Shown here piece after piece: positions 9,130 through 21,976 of a DNA stretch of 35,959 bases. The stretch is from NCBI GenBank assembly GCA_000934665.2, contig JYFJ02003968.1:1-35959 (forward strand), written 5' to 3'. Made by a program: the position numbers and the translations under genes. The notes under the pieces were generated by a model. The model worked only from the letters and a program-made list of their open reading frames with translations. It was not told the origin of the DNA and did not search any database. The stretch's first letter is position 1. Each line of letters opens with the position of its first letter. Source of the DNA: Catajapyx aquilonaris (lineage: Eukaryota).

Positions 9130-11230
9130 TCATTCACCTTGACATTTTTGACAATCCATGAGAGTATGAGGCTGGTCCACATGACAATGCGCAAAGCAGG
9201 GCATTTCCAAAGCCTCCTCTGGGGAGATACGCTGCTCCTGAAACAGAGAGACAAAATTTTTAGTCAATATTAGCTCAAACGGTACATTTTCTCGGAAATT
9301 CAGGCATCATGAATGAGGATCAAAAACTGACTTACCGGGTCAGGTTCCCAGAGCCTGAACAGGAGATCTGGGAACTTGCCAAGGGGGATGTGCGATGGGC
9401 TGTTTATTCCACTCTCTTCTGTTATTGCCTCTGCCCTGGTGGCATAGGAGCACTCTTCATTATCCTGCCAAAAAGAAGGGGACTTTTTAGTATATTTCTC
9501 GATATAAATCAAAGCAATAAAAAGCGGCAAAAAATTTGCATGAAGGCAATAAGCCCATGCACGCGACTGTTTAACGTATATAATAAACTGCACTTACTCT
9601 CAGGATGTACATTCCGTCGGAGTCATCATAATAGACCCCGGTGTGAGTTCCTTCTGCTAACAGATGTTGGGGGATGTCCCCGCAGAGTTTGTGAATGATG
9701 TGGAGGGTGACATTAGGTCCTTCTGGCGTCGACAGCTCGGAAGACTTGAACGGCGAAGTGTCCAGCCCGAAAACCATCTCCATTAACATACACCCGAGTG
9801 ACCAGCAATCTGCCTTTTCAGACAAATGACCACCTTTAAAGGGAGAGAGTATTGAAAATAGTGATTAATATTACAAGTAAATTAATTAGTGGTGTGATAT
9901 TGGTATTAAGACGACACTTACCGATATATACTTCTGGGGCACGGTATGGCCTCGACTGGATGGTCTGGCCTCTGAACCGGTCAGCTTCTTTGACCAGAAA
10001 GGACATTCCAAAGTCCGCCACTTTTACTCTCCATGGGCTGAAGTTTGGGTTCACTAAGACGTTTTCCATCTTAAGATCAGCATGAACCACGCCCATATCC
10101 TGATAACAGACAAAATAAAAAATTTAAATATTTGCGCATGTAATTATACTCGGTGGAGTTAAAATATATTGCATTTCTTTCATATCGGTATTATGGAAAA
10201 TTACATTTACTAAATATTTTAAAATATATTTATTTAAAACAATTGGTATATTCCAATGAAATGTTTAATTTGCAATATTTTAGTGATATTAATATACTAT
10301 AATAATTTCACTTTCTAATTTAATTCGACTTGATGGAAATATTCAACTTTGCATTTACTATATTTATGAATGTCAGTGTAACTAACTTATTCACAATTAA
10401 ACCAAGTTTTTGCGAGTCAATCTGTGCTATTATCACACGAATTAATTTTAAAAAAAATTTCAGTCTAACCTTCATCCGTTTGAGTGCAGTTAAAAGCTGC
10501 CTGGCGATGTTGGCGACCTCTCCAAGCGCGAATCTGGTCTCCTCCTGCCTGAAGAGGTATCTCCAGAGGTCAGAGGGCACGTACTCGAGCATCATGTACG
10601 GCACTCCCCGATCGACAAAGCAGCCGAGCAGACCGACTATGCTGTGATGATTACTACCACTCGAAGCTCGTGGTTCATCATCGTACTCCTGCTGCAGCAA
10701 CATCTTCATGATCATGACTTCATTCCTCCACATCTTGATCGTGCCTTGCGATTTCAAAGCAGCCAGTTCGTTCTGCTCGTTATCTTGGTGACCGGTTCTC
10801 CTCAGCATGTACACTGCTCCGTACGCGCCTTGTCCAAGCTTCATATCCACAATGTAGGTCCCAAGCGAAGTCTGGATGCGATCACGCACACAAAGACGAC
10901 CATCACCGTACGGGGGCTTCAATAACAATACGCAGGGGAAAAAATGTCAGAAAAATAGTGTACGGTATGTGCCTGCAGGTAAATCACACTGGTGGCCATA
11001 TTCACATGCCAAAAGGCGAGTGTTTACCATAACAATAATGAGATCAAAGTTAAACCACAGATATAATGTACGGTTAGACTAATTTTAAGCATGTAAACCA
11101 CCACAAATGAGGGCATGAAACTAACCTGCTCATCATCGTCTTCTCTGCGTCGCTTAATTCTTGCCACTTTCATCATGGACAGAGGCTTCTGAATAGGTCT
11201 CGACTTCCTCAATCTCTTTTGTCCCTCCAT
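9130..11230 (-). CDS. K2: HIPK/DYRK-like Ser/Thr kinase, about 400 aa, intact
   Basis: Exons 11230-11126, 10916-10470, 10099-9922, 9833-9598, 9464-9336, 9237-9130; GT-AG with consistent phases. Motifs GQGAYG, AALK, HADLKMEN, DFG, IQSRPYRAPE, DCWSLGC. Basic N-terminus (KRLRK..RIKRRR). Exon 1 is less certain than the kinase exons. Confidence 0.87.
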
Positions 11231-12559
11231 CCGACCAACAGCGACTTCACCTCCGATAAGCAGCGGAAGAAAACGTCTAGCACTAACTACTGACCCACTC
11301 CTTCTCTTGACCGCTACTCAGGCTGGACTGCCATACACTTATTGTCAGCAAGACGCCCCCTCCGTCGCAAGTGACGCCCCGCTTATCAGTAGCGAGTATA
11401 GCCTCGGGATATCCAACTTTCACTTTCATATTTTCTGGTCATTTTACAAGTGCCCGACAATGATCGGCCGTATAAAGACGGAATTAATGTAACTTTATGT
11501 AGACAATGTTTCTTTGAAAGAGCGCATTTAATCAAATATTACTGCAAAATTATGTTTTTCTTCAGAATTTGTCTATTTTCCTTTTTATATATCACCTTAT
11601 ATCTGGAAGCAGAATTTGTTTCATGAAATAGGTCCAATTTACACAACGATTATGTATGATGAACTATTCATGACATGTGCCAGCAGTCATGGCAATGCTA
11701 GCTCTCACAGTCATAATAGGTCATCCATCAGAACTGTTCCTTAACACTATAACCTTAATAAGTTATGGATTATTTTAGAAGGGTAGGCCTACCGTATTTT
11801 TCTCCAGACTTGTATTCAGCAAGGATTACAAAATTTTAATTAAACTCAGTAATGCAACATCTAATTATTGTGAAATTTTATTGTTACATAAATAATTAAC
11901 ACCACAGGCATGATCCACATGGAGCCTGTACCTTTGAATAAATACCACAATTGACACATTTTAACACTAATATTATACATCAGTGGACAACATCCACCAA
12001 AACAATTCATACAATTATTGTGATTGGGAACACTTTTCCATACAAAAGTTGCACAATTATTATTCCATTGCTTGAGGGGCAATAAATTATGACAAAAGTT
12101 TTGTAGCTATAAATCATTTCAGTTCCTCTAACAACATTATTACAATAATTTCAATAATTTTCAGGAAGGAGGGTTGTTTCTCTTGCTTCATATTTGTATG
12201 ACTCATGCATTTTGCTCTCTGATTGATTCTTATCCCCTTCTCTCGTTTACAAAATAATACAGCCATGACTTCGGCCTATAACCAGCAGTAGGCCTATAGC
12301 AACAAAGACGATATGTAAAATTCCACAGTGAAAAATCAACATCCTGTGGTGCAACATATCCTTGTGCGAATGAGACGCTAGCCACTGTCCCATGCAGTGC
12401 AACACCTATATATACCCACTGGAATTCACATTTCGCCACATGCATTATGCCTCAATGTCAGTCACAGGTTTTGGCAACACAATAACTATATGGAAATGAT
12501 CAGCTTAGTGGCTTATCTTCAACACACTTTGGATTGTTCTACATAGAGGTCTAGACATC

Positions 12560-14585
12560 TTAGCGAAACATCATATTCACAAAATCCGTCTCGAGACCCT
12601 TCTTCGGAGTCAGACGAATCTCCTGCAAAAGAAAGACATTAATTAATATCTTGTTGGTCGTTGGAGCCTTTTCCAAGAATAGACTATATCAGCATGGAAA
12701 CATCATGATAAATTACTAAAAACTCATTTATTTTCATTAAGGAAATATTCAGAGAGAACGAGAAGGGGGGGGGGGGGAGAAGTCNTTTTCCACTTTAATA
12801 TAATTATGTCAATGGAGTATTCTCACAATGACACTTGATTTTGTGAACTGACAAGTGACTTACCGGATTAATATCCAGGCATCCGAATAAAAATGTCGAA
12901 AATGCAGTACCAAATGCAGGGATGAGTATGTCATTCAAACTATTCTGAATGGATATGAGACGATTGTAAGTAGGGTAACTCTGAAAAAACAGCAAAATAT
13001 CACATTAATTAAATCTATTCAGTTCAGTATGTAAGTCATAAAAATTACTACTCATTAAATACGTTAATTACTATTAAACCCCACTGATGCAACACAATGA
13101 TTGCTGATCCCACCATAAGTTCTTGTGACATAAGTGATCTTTCAAAGCGACACAAAAAAGTTTGCTCTTATTACTCTAATCCCCACAATATCATGGTGAT
13201 ATACCTTAAAGGTATAATCTCCGTAACGAGTTTTCTTGAAAAACGTTCCAGTGCACTTCCCTGCATCGAGGATCTCGCTAGGAATCCCTTTCCACACAAA
13301 CCACCAAACCTGGAGTGAATCTAATGGGTTGTAGTATTCGAACAACTCGTATCCAAATCCAAAAGTCATCATCCCACACAAGATTCCGAGGGACCACATG
13401 TCAATGGCTTCTGTGAAGGGTGCACCTGAGGAAAAAAAAAAATGAGTGCCATTGTGCGTATTAGACCTGTATGATTTGCGAAACATCTCTATATTTTTGA
13501 CCAAGTGATCATTAAACATCACACTTACCCAGAAAGATCTCAGGAGCCCTGAAGGCTGCTGCCTGAATCTGTCGCCCAACATACTTCGACACATCATTAC
13601 GGGAAATGACCGACCCGAAATCTGCCAGCTTCACTCTCACGCTATTTGCTGTCAAGTCAACGAGAATGTTGTCCGGCTTCAGGTCAGTGTGGATGATATC
13701 TTTTTCCTGAACACAAGAATTGGGGGAAATCATAATCAACAACAACAATGACAACAATATGCCAAGTATACCCAAGTGCTATAACAGCTCTCAATCCATT
13801 GCTGTGTCTACCAGAAGTCCTGTCATAAAACCATATTGAAAACCCACACCTGCCAAATTCATTCTCTTTACCTTCAGCCAATCAAGAGCCTTAAGGAGAT
13901 GCCTCATCACAGTTGAGACAGTCTCAAGGGGAAACCTTTGCCATGGCTGTCTGAGCTGGAGTGAGTAGAGGTCTCCGTCACGCATATGCTCCATCAGCAA
14001 CCCATAGACATTACCAATGTGGAACCAGCCCAGCAAATTGACAATGTTATGCTTGTCCTCCTCCCTTCGATTGCCGTGTATGTACACCCCCAGGGTTATC
14101 AAGGCTGATATCTCATTCTCCCAGGCTGTCTTTGTTTTCTGAACTTTGACCACTGCCACCTTGTGAGGTACGCTTTCGTCCAGTTGATCTGCATCTTTTC
14201 TCCTGCACCGATACACCTCCCCGAAACTGCCTGCTCCAAGCTGTACCTCCAAGTTATAATATATTCCCCTGTTGTCTCGGAACATCCTGTTGAAGAACTG
14301 GAGAGAAACATGCAACTTTTGTATTACCATGCTGCAAATAACACATGTCTGTAGTATACAGATTTTAGCACCTGGTGATGTGTCAGGAGGGATTAGAAGA
14401 AGTGCTAGGTGATGTGCTGGAATAATAATACCATGCACAAATAATGTGTTCAAGGGGAGGAAAACTGCTGTGCACTCTGATGATTTTACACCATTTACAC
14501 GCACTTTTACTGACGCTCCCGAATCCGCCCCATAGTAATTACAGTATAGCAAATCTACCACAAATGCCTTGAGCTCAGTTGACAT
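12560..14585 (-). CDS. K3: HIPK/DYRK-like Ser/Thr kinase, 340 aa if intron 1 is spliced, 430 aa if retained
   Basis: Exons 14585-14568 (MSTELK, donor GC), 14297-13872, 13706-13529, 13425-13205, 12980-12864, 12622-12560. Motifs GAGSFG, AVVK, HTDLKPDN, DFG, IQAAAFRAPE, GAPFTEAIDMWSLG. Confidence 0.85.
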
Positions 14586-15354
14586 GTTCGCTGACTATTG
14601 TGCAACAGTCCCTGCTTTCTGTAGTAGTGTCGTCTATAATGTTGGAGGTGAATCCTGGCTTCAAAGCTCCGGCCTCCAATCTGCCGAAGACACGTGCATG
14701 AGACAAGATTGTTTGGGCTGTTAATACAGGGGCATATATTGCAACAAGAAATTGTACACTTTTGTGATAAATTCAGTGAAGAAATATTTCGCTGCACTAT
14801 ATTTTAGTAAGGCGATTCAAGTCCATTCAGAAAATAATTTAGTTAATATTTACTGGTAATGTGAACTGTTGTTATTGTCAAAATTCGACAGGAATTATGC
14901 CACAGGAATGAAAGAAAATGCCCGCATGAGGGTAAGATGACCCATGCAGGATTACATTAAGATGACCCCTAATAATAAGGTGTTGTGTTGCATGTATATT
15001 ATTATATAGGCGACGTCACGAGACAAAAATGACGTAAGGTTATTTCCGCAATGAAGCTGGAGATATCCTGCGTTCTTTGGAAGCACTCTCTCGACTGATT
15101 GTCCGATCCCTAACCTCATGTACAGAAGATTCCTAAATAAACCCCATTGATTTAAATGATAAAAATTACTAATGTAATAATTTTTGTAGAATCGGCAGTA
15201 TTCACGAGGTGAGCGATTGGACAATTAGGTTAATGAAGTATACATTTAAATGTAAATCATAAGGAATATTACAGGTTTATTACAAAATTAAATACTCGTA
15301 GCTCGGAGGTAATGGACTAAGGCTATAGCAAATGAAATAAAGACGGCCTATGGC

Positions 15355-15860
15355 GATTTGCTGCTTATAGCCAACATTGTATAGGATATCCCAAAATTTG
15401 ACATCCCATACTGAACAAAGGAGGAAACACACCAAAGTAACTCCTCATTAACTGTACACATATAATTATATATAATTTGTAAAATTAATGTAACATGTAG
15501 GCCTATATCATACCGGTCTGAAACTGCTCTGCGCCAAGATCACAGAAAAAGCTGCCGAGACCAAGAGGTTAAGTTATTATTATTATTAGCTTTCTTCTCC
15601 TGGTAACTGCAATAATTAGGTTAAAATAATAACAAATGCCAGTAACAAAATAGTTATATTTACTTGTGGAATATGAGACATGCAATCCAAGATAGGCAGT
15701 TCTAATATGAGGGAGAACTGTGGTCAATGGAACTTCTTTTGTGACCAAAGCAATGTGAGAAAATGAGAGTGACTAACTGAATTAAATTAATAGGTCTAGC
15801 CAATTGGGTCATGGTCGGGTCATTTACACAGAAGCAAGGAAAGGAACCTATAGTATTATG
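15355..15860 (-). repeat. Upstream non-coding module, copy A (5' of K3)
   Basis: Blocks ccaaaatttgacatccca, ttctcctgg(t/c)aactgcaa and gagaactgtggtcaatggaacttctttt are shared with copies B-E. Boundaries approximate. Confidence 0.75.
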
Positions 15861-16470
15861 AACCTGGTCCGCTAGACTCTAGTCTACTGCAGTAGGCCTA
15901 CATATATAATATGACCGAATGAAGTCGACTGAATAAGTGCGTATACAGTCATAATTCAAATTTTTTTTACTTGATCATACGTATAAGAGACATAATACGT
16001 ATAGGCATGACGCCAGCAAGAATCTTGCCATAATAATGATTATAATGTGGAAACTGTCTCTTATTTTGAATTCATAACTATAGAAAAACCCTCGCTTCGA
16101 TCACTTATTTCTAGGGCGTATTGTTAATCGCTTTGGACCTAGGTGAAGCTCATCCCCCCATCAGCATACTTTCCCTCCTGTTCCTCTAGGTTTTGATGTG
16201 AATTCACACGCCCGCTATTCCGTATACGTATGTTATGTAGGTAGGTATACCCATCCAGCGATCGATCTGAAATACGACCCATATCTATTGAATGATCCCC
16301 CCCTACAATCAATAATTCACCACCGGAAATTCACCCCTCATATAAGCGGAGATTCTCACCATTAAGTTGGTACAAATGGTCCAATTTGAAGGTTTATTTT
16401 CCTGTCAATTTGATTGTTTGTGCTCATGTATTGGCAAAAATATTAATTAATTCATCCATCCATACACGTA

Positions 16471-16628
16471 CAATGTTGCTCATAAATCGAGGCAAACTGC
16501 CAGCGACATTTTCCGAAGCGGCAGAAGAAGGAATCTTGCTTGCCTGGCTTGTAGTATGCTTATCTGCGATTCCTTCTTCTGCCGCTTCAGAAAATGTCGC
16601 TAGCAATATGCCTCGATGACCAACACTG
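16471..16628. mobile_element. Fold-back MITE, Tc1/mariner-like
   Basis: TA|caatgttg ... caacactg|TA termini. Internal 50-bp inverted arms 16486-16535 and 16568-16617 match at 46/50. Confidence 0.65.
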
Positions 16629-17004
16629 TAACATTATACATACTGCGTAGTACAGTACATACATAACTTACACATACATAGCCTACATGCTTTTCCCTAT
16701 ATCTCAATGGTGTGCAGTAGGCATAATAATCTATGAAAAAGGATACTAAGCAAAATAATGAAAATGCACAAAATGAGCGTTATTCAAAAAATACGCCCCA
16801 TCAAAATGCATCTGGTGTTATTTTAGCTATTAAAAATGTGCCCACAATAAATTATGCGATGATGGAAAAAAAGCAATGATAGGTTGCATTTACAGCAGCA
16901 AGCAAATGAATAGTTCTTCCCTCCATTACGCAGGGCCAGAACGGGGCCAATGGGAAGCCTCTATCAAACAACGAAGCAGTTTAATATTAAAAGTTATGGC
17001 GCAA

Positions 17005-17360
17005 CTATGCTTAGCCAACATTGTTTCCCAAAATTTGACATCCCACACAGAATAACGCCCATATTACTCCTCATTAACAATAAGGTACTTGTAAACCAAA
17101 AATGTAGCCTATATAGATAGCATACCAGTCAGATAGTCCGCAATATCTTCAAAAAGCTAACAGCACCAAGTGAGGATATAGCCTAACAGTTAGATTTCTT
17201 CTCCTGGCAACTGCAACAAAGAGAACAGAAACAACACAAAATAATGCTATATAGTAAACAAAATAGTTAGCCCTACTTGTGGAACATGAGACAAGCAATC
17301 TAAGACAGACAGTTCCGATATGAGGGGGAACTGTGGTCAATGGAACTTCTTTTGTTACCT
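17005..17360 (-). repeat. Upstream non-coding module, copy B
   Basis: ttagccaacattg..cccaaaatttgacatcccacac; ttcttctcctggcaactgcaac; cttgtggaacatgagac; ggaactgtggtcaatggaacttctttt. Confidence 0.75.
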
Positions 17361-18387
17361 TCCACTGTAAAAAAAAATAAATGAGAGCGACAATCATACA
17401 GACTGTATAGTACAGGCCTATATAAATAAAACAAATATTCAGTAATATTCAACATGTGGAAATTTTTATGTCACACGTAGCCTATACAACAGAGTGATAA
17501 GTACAAACACAAATATTTAAACAATCGTATACAACAGTACATCAAGAACTGTGCTAATTGTATTTTTATGTACAGTACATTGCAAGGAGCTAAACACTGA
17601 TAACCTGCCAATGAACACAGTATTATGTTACAGCCAGGAAAAAATCCTCATATCTTTCAACTGACTACATTTTATCCTTAAGTCCTATAGTAAGCACCAT
17701 TACTGTGATACTATCCTTAACTGTTACAACATGACTATATACAGAGAAGCAATGCCCTTGACATAAAGAAAAAGCCTAAAATACTCTGGGCACTTTGGAC
17801 ACACACAAGTTCACTGTAAATCTGGTGATGCCTGCTTCAATGAAATACTATTATTATGTCGTATAGCACAGTCATGTTTGAGTCCAGATGCTATCACTGG
17901 AAAAGCAGTGAACTTGCTGAGCCTACACAGATATAGTCCCCTCTTTTCCCCCTATATAGAAATAGCGAAGGAGAAAATAATATCTCCCGCACCATCTTCC
18001 ACTGGGAATTTTACTGCATATACTAGTGCCGGACATGCAGGATTATTTTAGCGAAAGCATGTGAATGCACTCAGGACCAATGGAAGTGAATAGTGAACAA
18101 TAACAAACTGCATGCGGTATATAAGAATTCCTTGCATATGCAAACCTCAATATATAAGCCCGTGACTGATATCTGATATTCATCAATAATTATTCAGTAT
18201 TGTTAAATTAACAGTTTCGCTCAATGTGTCAAGCACACACTTGGAATTACAACATTTCACCACTGGCAGGTATACCAAATGTCAGTCACATTCACGGCAA
18301 CAAGCTATTAAATATGGAAATAATCAGCTGAACGGCTGTGTCAGCAGTTCCTGTCACACACTTCCGGGTGACTATCGGAACAATCGT

Positions 18388-20333
18388 CTACTCTGCGACA
18401 CACTTAGGATTGCGATAGACATCTTCGTAACACATCTTCACAAAAGGCAGCTCGAGGCCCTCCTTTGGAGTCAGACGAATCTCCTTCAAAAGAAAGACAT
18501 TAATAATATCTTATGGTTGTCTTATTTCCGCCAAGAATTGACCAGCATAAAAACATCATGACAAATAAGAAAAAACCAATTTAATTTAATTTAAAAAATA
18601 CGTATAGTAAAGACGGGAAGTCCCTTTCCACTTGAATAATATCATGCCGGAGTATAATTTCGCAATGAAATCCAATAACTATTATTCCAATTTAGTTCAC
18701 AATTTTGCGAACCAACAAGTGACTTACCGGATCAAGCTGCAGGCATCCGAAGAAGAACCTCGAAAAGTCATTGTCAGCTAGAGGAAGTGAATTTTTCAGG
18801 CCAGTCTGAATGGAGGAGACACGATTCAAAAAAGAGACACTTTGCTCATCCTGAAAAAGACAACAACAAAGGTATAATTAATTTAATGCTATATACGCCA
18901 AGTTTAAGTGTTTGGGACAGTGGCCTTTCAAGCTTTATTGACTAATTTTGCTAATTACGCTAATGCCCACAATATTTAATGTTTAACATTTTTTGGGTAG
19001 TTATAGAGTAGTACCTTAAATGTGTATTCCCCATGTCCAGTCTTATTGTAAAACTTTCCAGTGTGCATCCCTGCATCGAGGACCTTTATGGGAACGCCTC
19101 CGCAAACCCACGACCAAACCTTGAGTGAATCCAGAGGGTTGTAGTATGCGAAAAGCTGGCATCGAATTCCAAACGCCATAATCCCAGTAATGATGCCGAG
19201 GGACCACATGTCTATGGCTTCGCTGAAGGGTGCACCTGATGAGAAAAATAAGTGTCATTGTGCCTATATATGACATTTGGGAAACATCTTTTGACAAAAT
19301 TGGCATTGAATATCACCAATAGCTCTTTGATATCACTCTTACCCAGATGAATCTCAGGAGCCCTATAGGCTGCGGGCTGAACATTATTTCGCCTAAGATA
19401 CTTCTTCACGTCCCAACGGTGAAAGGCCCATCCGAAATCAGCGAGCTTCACTCTCAACCCTGTGTTTTCTCGCAGATCATAGAGGACATTGTTGGGCTTC
19501 AGGTCAGCGTGGATCATACGTTTTTCCTTCATCCAATCAAGAGCAGTGAGGAGTTGCCTCACCACACAGGAGACAATGTCAAGTGGGAACCTTTGCCTTG
19601 GCTGCTGGCTGCGGAGGAGTGACAATAGATCTCCGTCCATGTGCTCCATCACCAAACCATAGAAATCGCCAATGGAGAACCATCCCAGCAACTTGACAAT
19701 GTTGTGATTGTCCTCCTCGCTCCACTTGTCCTCGCCTCTCCTTTTGGGCATCCCCAGCAGGTGCAACATGGTGGTTCTCTCCTTCTCCCAGATGACCTGA
19801 CATTTCTGCACCTTGACCACCGCCACCTTGTGAGGTACGCTCTCAGCCAGCTGACCCGCGTCTGACCTCACGCACCGATATACCTCGCCAAATCGACCTG
19901 CTCCCAAGAGTTTCTCCAAGTTGTAGTCGATGCCGCCATTGCCTCGGACCACCTGTCCGATGACGCATCTGCAGTTGAAGGACTGCAGGTAAACCGTGAA
20001 AATTGTGTATTAGCATGTTACATGTGTCCACATAGGTATGTCCACACATATAAGTACATGAAAGATCACTATCTGAAACGTGGTCAGAAATCCAGACTCT
20101 CTTCGACAACACACAAAAAGTAGCCCCGCCTGGGTTTGCACAATTTAAACATTTCCCGACCAGCATCCGAACCTCAGACACTCATTTAAGAGCACAAGAG
20201 TTTGGTAGAAGAACAACTTGCATACCATGGGCTTCGTTGTCACCTTCCCGGACTGCTCTTCAATAGTCTCTGATTGATGAATTGATATCAGAAGTTTGTT
20301 GTCCCTGCTGACTTTAACACTTCGCCCTCCCAT
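18388..20333 (-). CDS. K4: HIPK/DYRK-like Ser/Thr kinase, about 395 aa, intact, five coding exons
   Basis: Exons 20333-20226, 19982-19343 (exons 2 and 3 fused), 19235-19015, 18850-18728, 18483-18388. Motifs GAGRFG, AVVK, HADLKPNN, DFG, VQPAAYRAPE, GAPFSEAIDMWSLG. Confidence 0.87.
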
Positions 20334-20644
20334 CTGCGGAATACACGGGAGACAATATTGTTTGTGATGTTAATACAGGATGTTAGAATAATTATTTATT
20401 CAACAAGGACTTTTGAAAATATCTTTGCCTGGTATAGGCTGTACTGCTGTACCATACACTGGGTAAGGGATCGGAAAACCAGAAAAATTAAGCTCCCGAA
20501 TACTATATAGTATCAGATAAACAAACCTTCACTCTCCTCTTTCCCATCAGGTCCTATGCAGTGAGTCTCCTCTGTGAAGCAAATGATTCATAAGAGATAT
20601 AGTAAACCAGGGGGCAGGAGGTAATAATATATAAATATGGAATA

Positions 20645-20925
20645 CCCAATTTGACATCTCACACTGTGCAGAGAAGCAGACCCACCCACACAACTCCTCC
20701 CATAAAACTTGTTAATAAATTAGACATAGATATCATACCAATGGCAGTCTGCAAAAGGTTTTACCAGCAAGCCAGTCACAACTAACTCCAACACTGAGGA
20801 TAAGAGGTTTCTTCTCCTGGCAACATCGATCATCAACAACGGCAACAACAAACTTTGAATATTACTGTATTAACAAAGTAATATTCATTAGGCCTGTACT
20901 TGTGGAAAGTGAGCCGAATAAGACT
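20645..20925 (-). repeat. Upstream non-coding module, copy C (5' of K4, partial)
   Basis: atttgacatctcacactgtgcagagaagcaga; gatatcatacca; ttcttctcctggcaac; tacttgtggaa. Confidence 0.7.
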
Positions 20926-21111
20926 TAATACACAATATTTCTCCAAACTCGAGAATATGAATGACCGTTTATGTTGCATTTTCTGGACATTGACAATCCA
21001 GTTGACAAGCATGAAAAAATATTAAAATTGAACGAGATAATTTTTTTTTCAATTTCCTCACCTGAAACGTAGCCAAAGGTCATTTTCAATTCAGCACGCA
21101 ATGAATGGAGG

Positions 21112-21180
21112 ATAGACCGGGCTTGAGATCGAACCTGGGACCTTTCCATCCTGGGAGTTCGTTACGTCACCACGTATCGT
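21112..21180 (-). mobile_element. tRNA-like/SINE head fragment
   Basis: The minus strand aaaggtcccaggttcgatctcaagcc carries a B-box (GGTTCGATC). No complete cloverleaf. Confidence 0.35.
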
Positions 21181-21439
21181 CTTCCCCGTTTTACGAGTAA
21201 TGTCTCTCAATATTGCAACTTGTTCAACGTGAGTTTTAAAACTGCGAAACAAAAAAGTAAAAAAAAAAAATGACACGAATGTCACCATTTGCATGTAATG
21301 ATTAGTGTGGAACACTAACTGAATAAAATTTATTTGTCATAGTGGAGTTAATTATGAACTCTTAATATTTTGGCATGTTCGTTTTAGTTGAATTTTAGCA
21401 TTTATTATTAATTTGGAATAGAAGAACTGAACACAGGTC

Positions 21440-21925
21440 CAGAATAGGTTCCTTTTCATTGCTTCTGTGCAAATGACCCCATTGACCAAAACAGTATTCA
21501 TTTTGTTTTGTCGTTATCAATTTTTTAATTCAATGAAAGGTCATTACAAAAGAAGTATAGCCTACTACAGTATAATTATATTGCATTGACCACAGTTCTC
21601 CCTCGTATATTATAGGACTGCCCGTCATGGAGTATCTTGTCTCGTGGTTCACAAAAATAACGACTACTCTGTTACTATTAGCATTTGTAATTGTTGCTGT
21701 TGTTTTTGTTGCAGTTGCCAGGAGAAGATAATGATCAATAACAGTTTTTGACTGGTGCGGTCAGCTGTTAGGTTATTTTCGCTGCAGCATCAGACTGGTA
21801 TGATATCAGATACATTATTTTGCTTGCAAACTGCTTACTACTTGAAGTATGTTTCTTTGGTGATCTGCTTCTCTGCTCAGTGTGGGATGTCAAATTTCGG
21901 GATAAAATGTTGGCTAAGCATAAAA
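21440..21925 (+). repeat. Upstream non-coding module, copy D (inverted relative to A-C)
   Basis: ttgcttctgtgcaaatgaccc; cattgaccacagttctccctc; gttgcagttgccaggagaag; tctgcttctctgctcagtgtgggatgtcaaattt. Confidence 0.75.
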
Positions 21926-21976
21926 TATCCATAATTCATATTTATTTCATTTGCTACTCCCTGGCTCAATACCGTA

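Noticed and set aside
9309..10925. Plus-strand ORFs opposite K2, and similar shadow ORFs at K1, K3, K4, K5, K6 and K7
   Set aside because: Antisense or alternative-frame shadows of GC-rich kinase exons.
12765..12785. Poly-G run and an ambiguous base (n at 12785)
   Set aside because: Intronic homopolymer with a local base-calling problem; it does not affect the K3 model.
16386..16619. ORFs on both strands sharing the peptide ATFSEAAEEGI
   Set aside because: A consequence of the 50-bp inverted arms of the MITE. The same applies to the ORFs over the 21977 palindrome.
21112..21180. Possible tRNA gene
   Set aside because: Only a B-box/T-arm-like piece is present; no acceptor stem or full cloverleaf.
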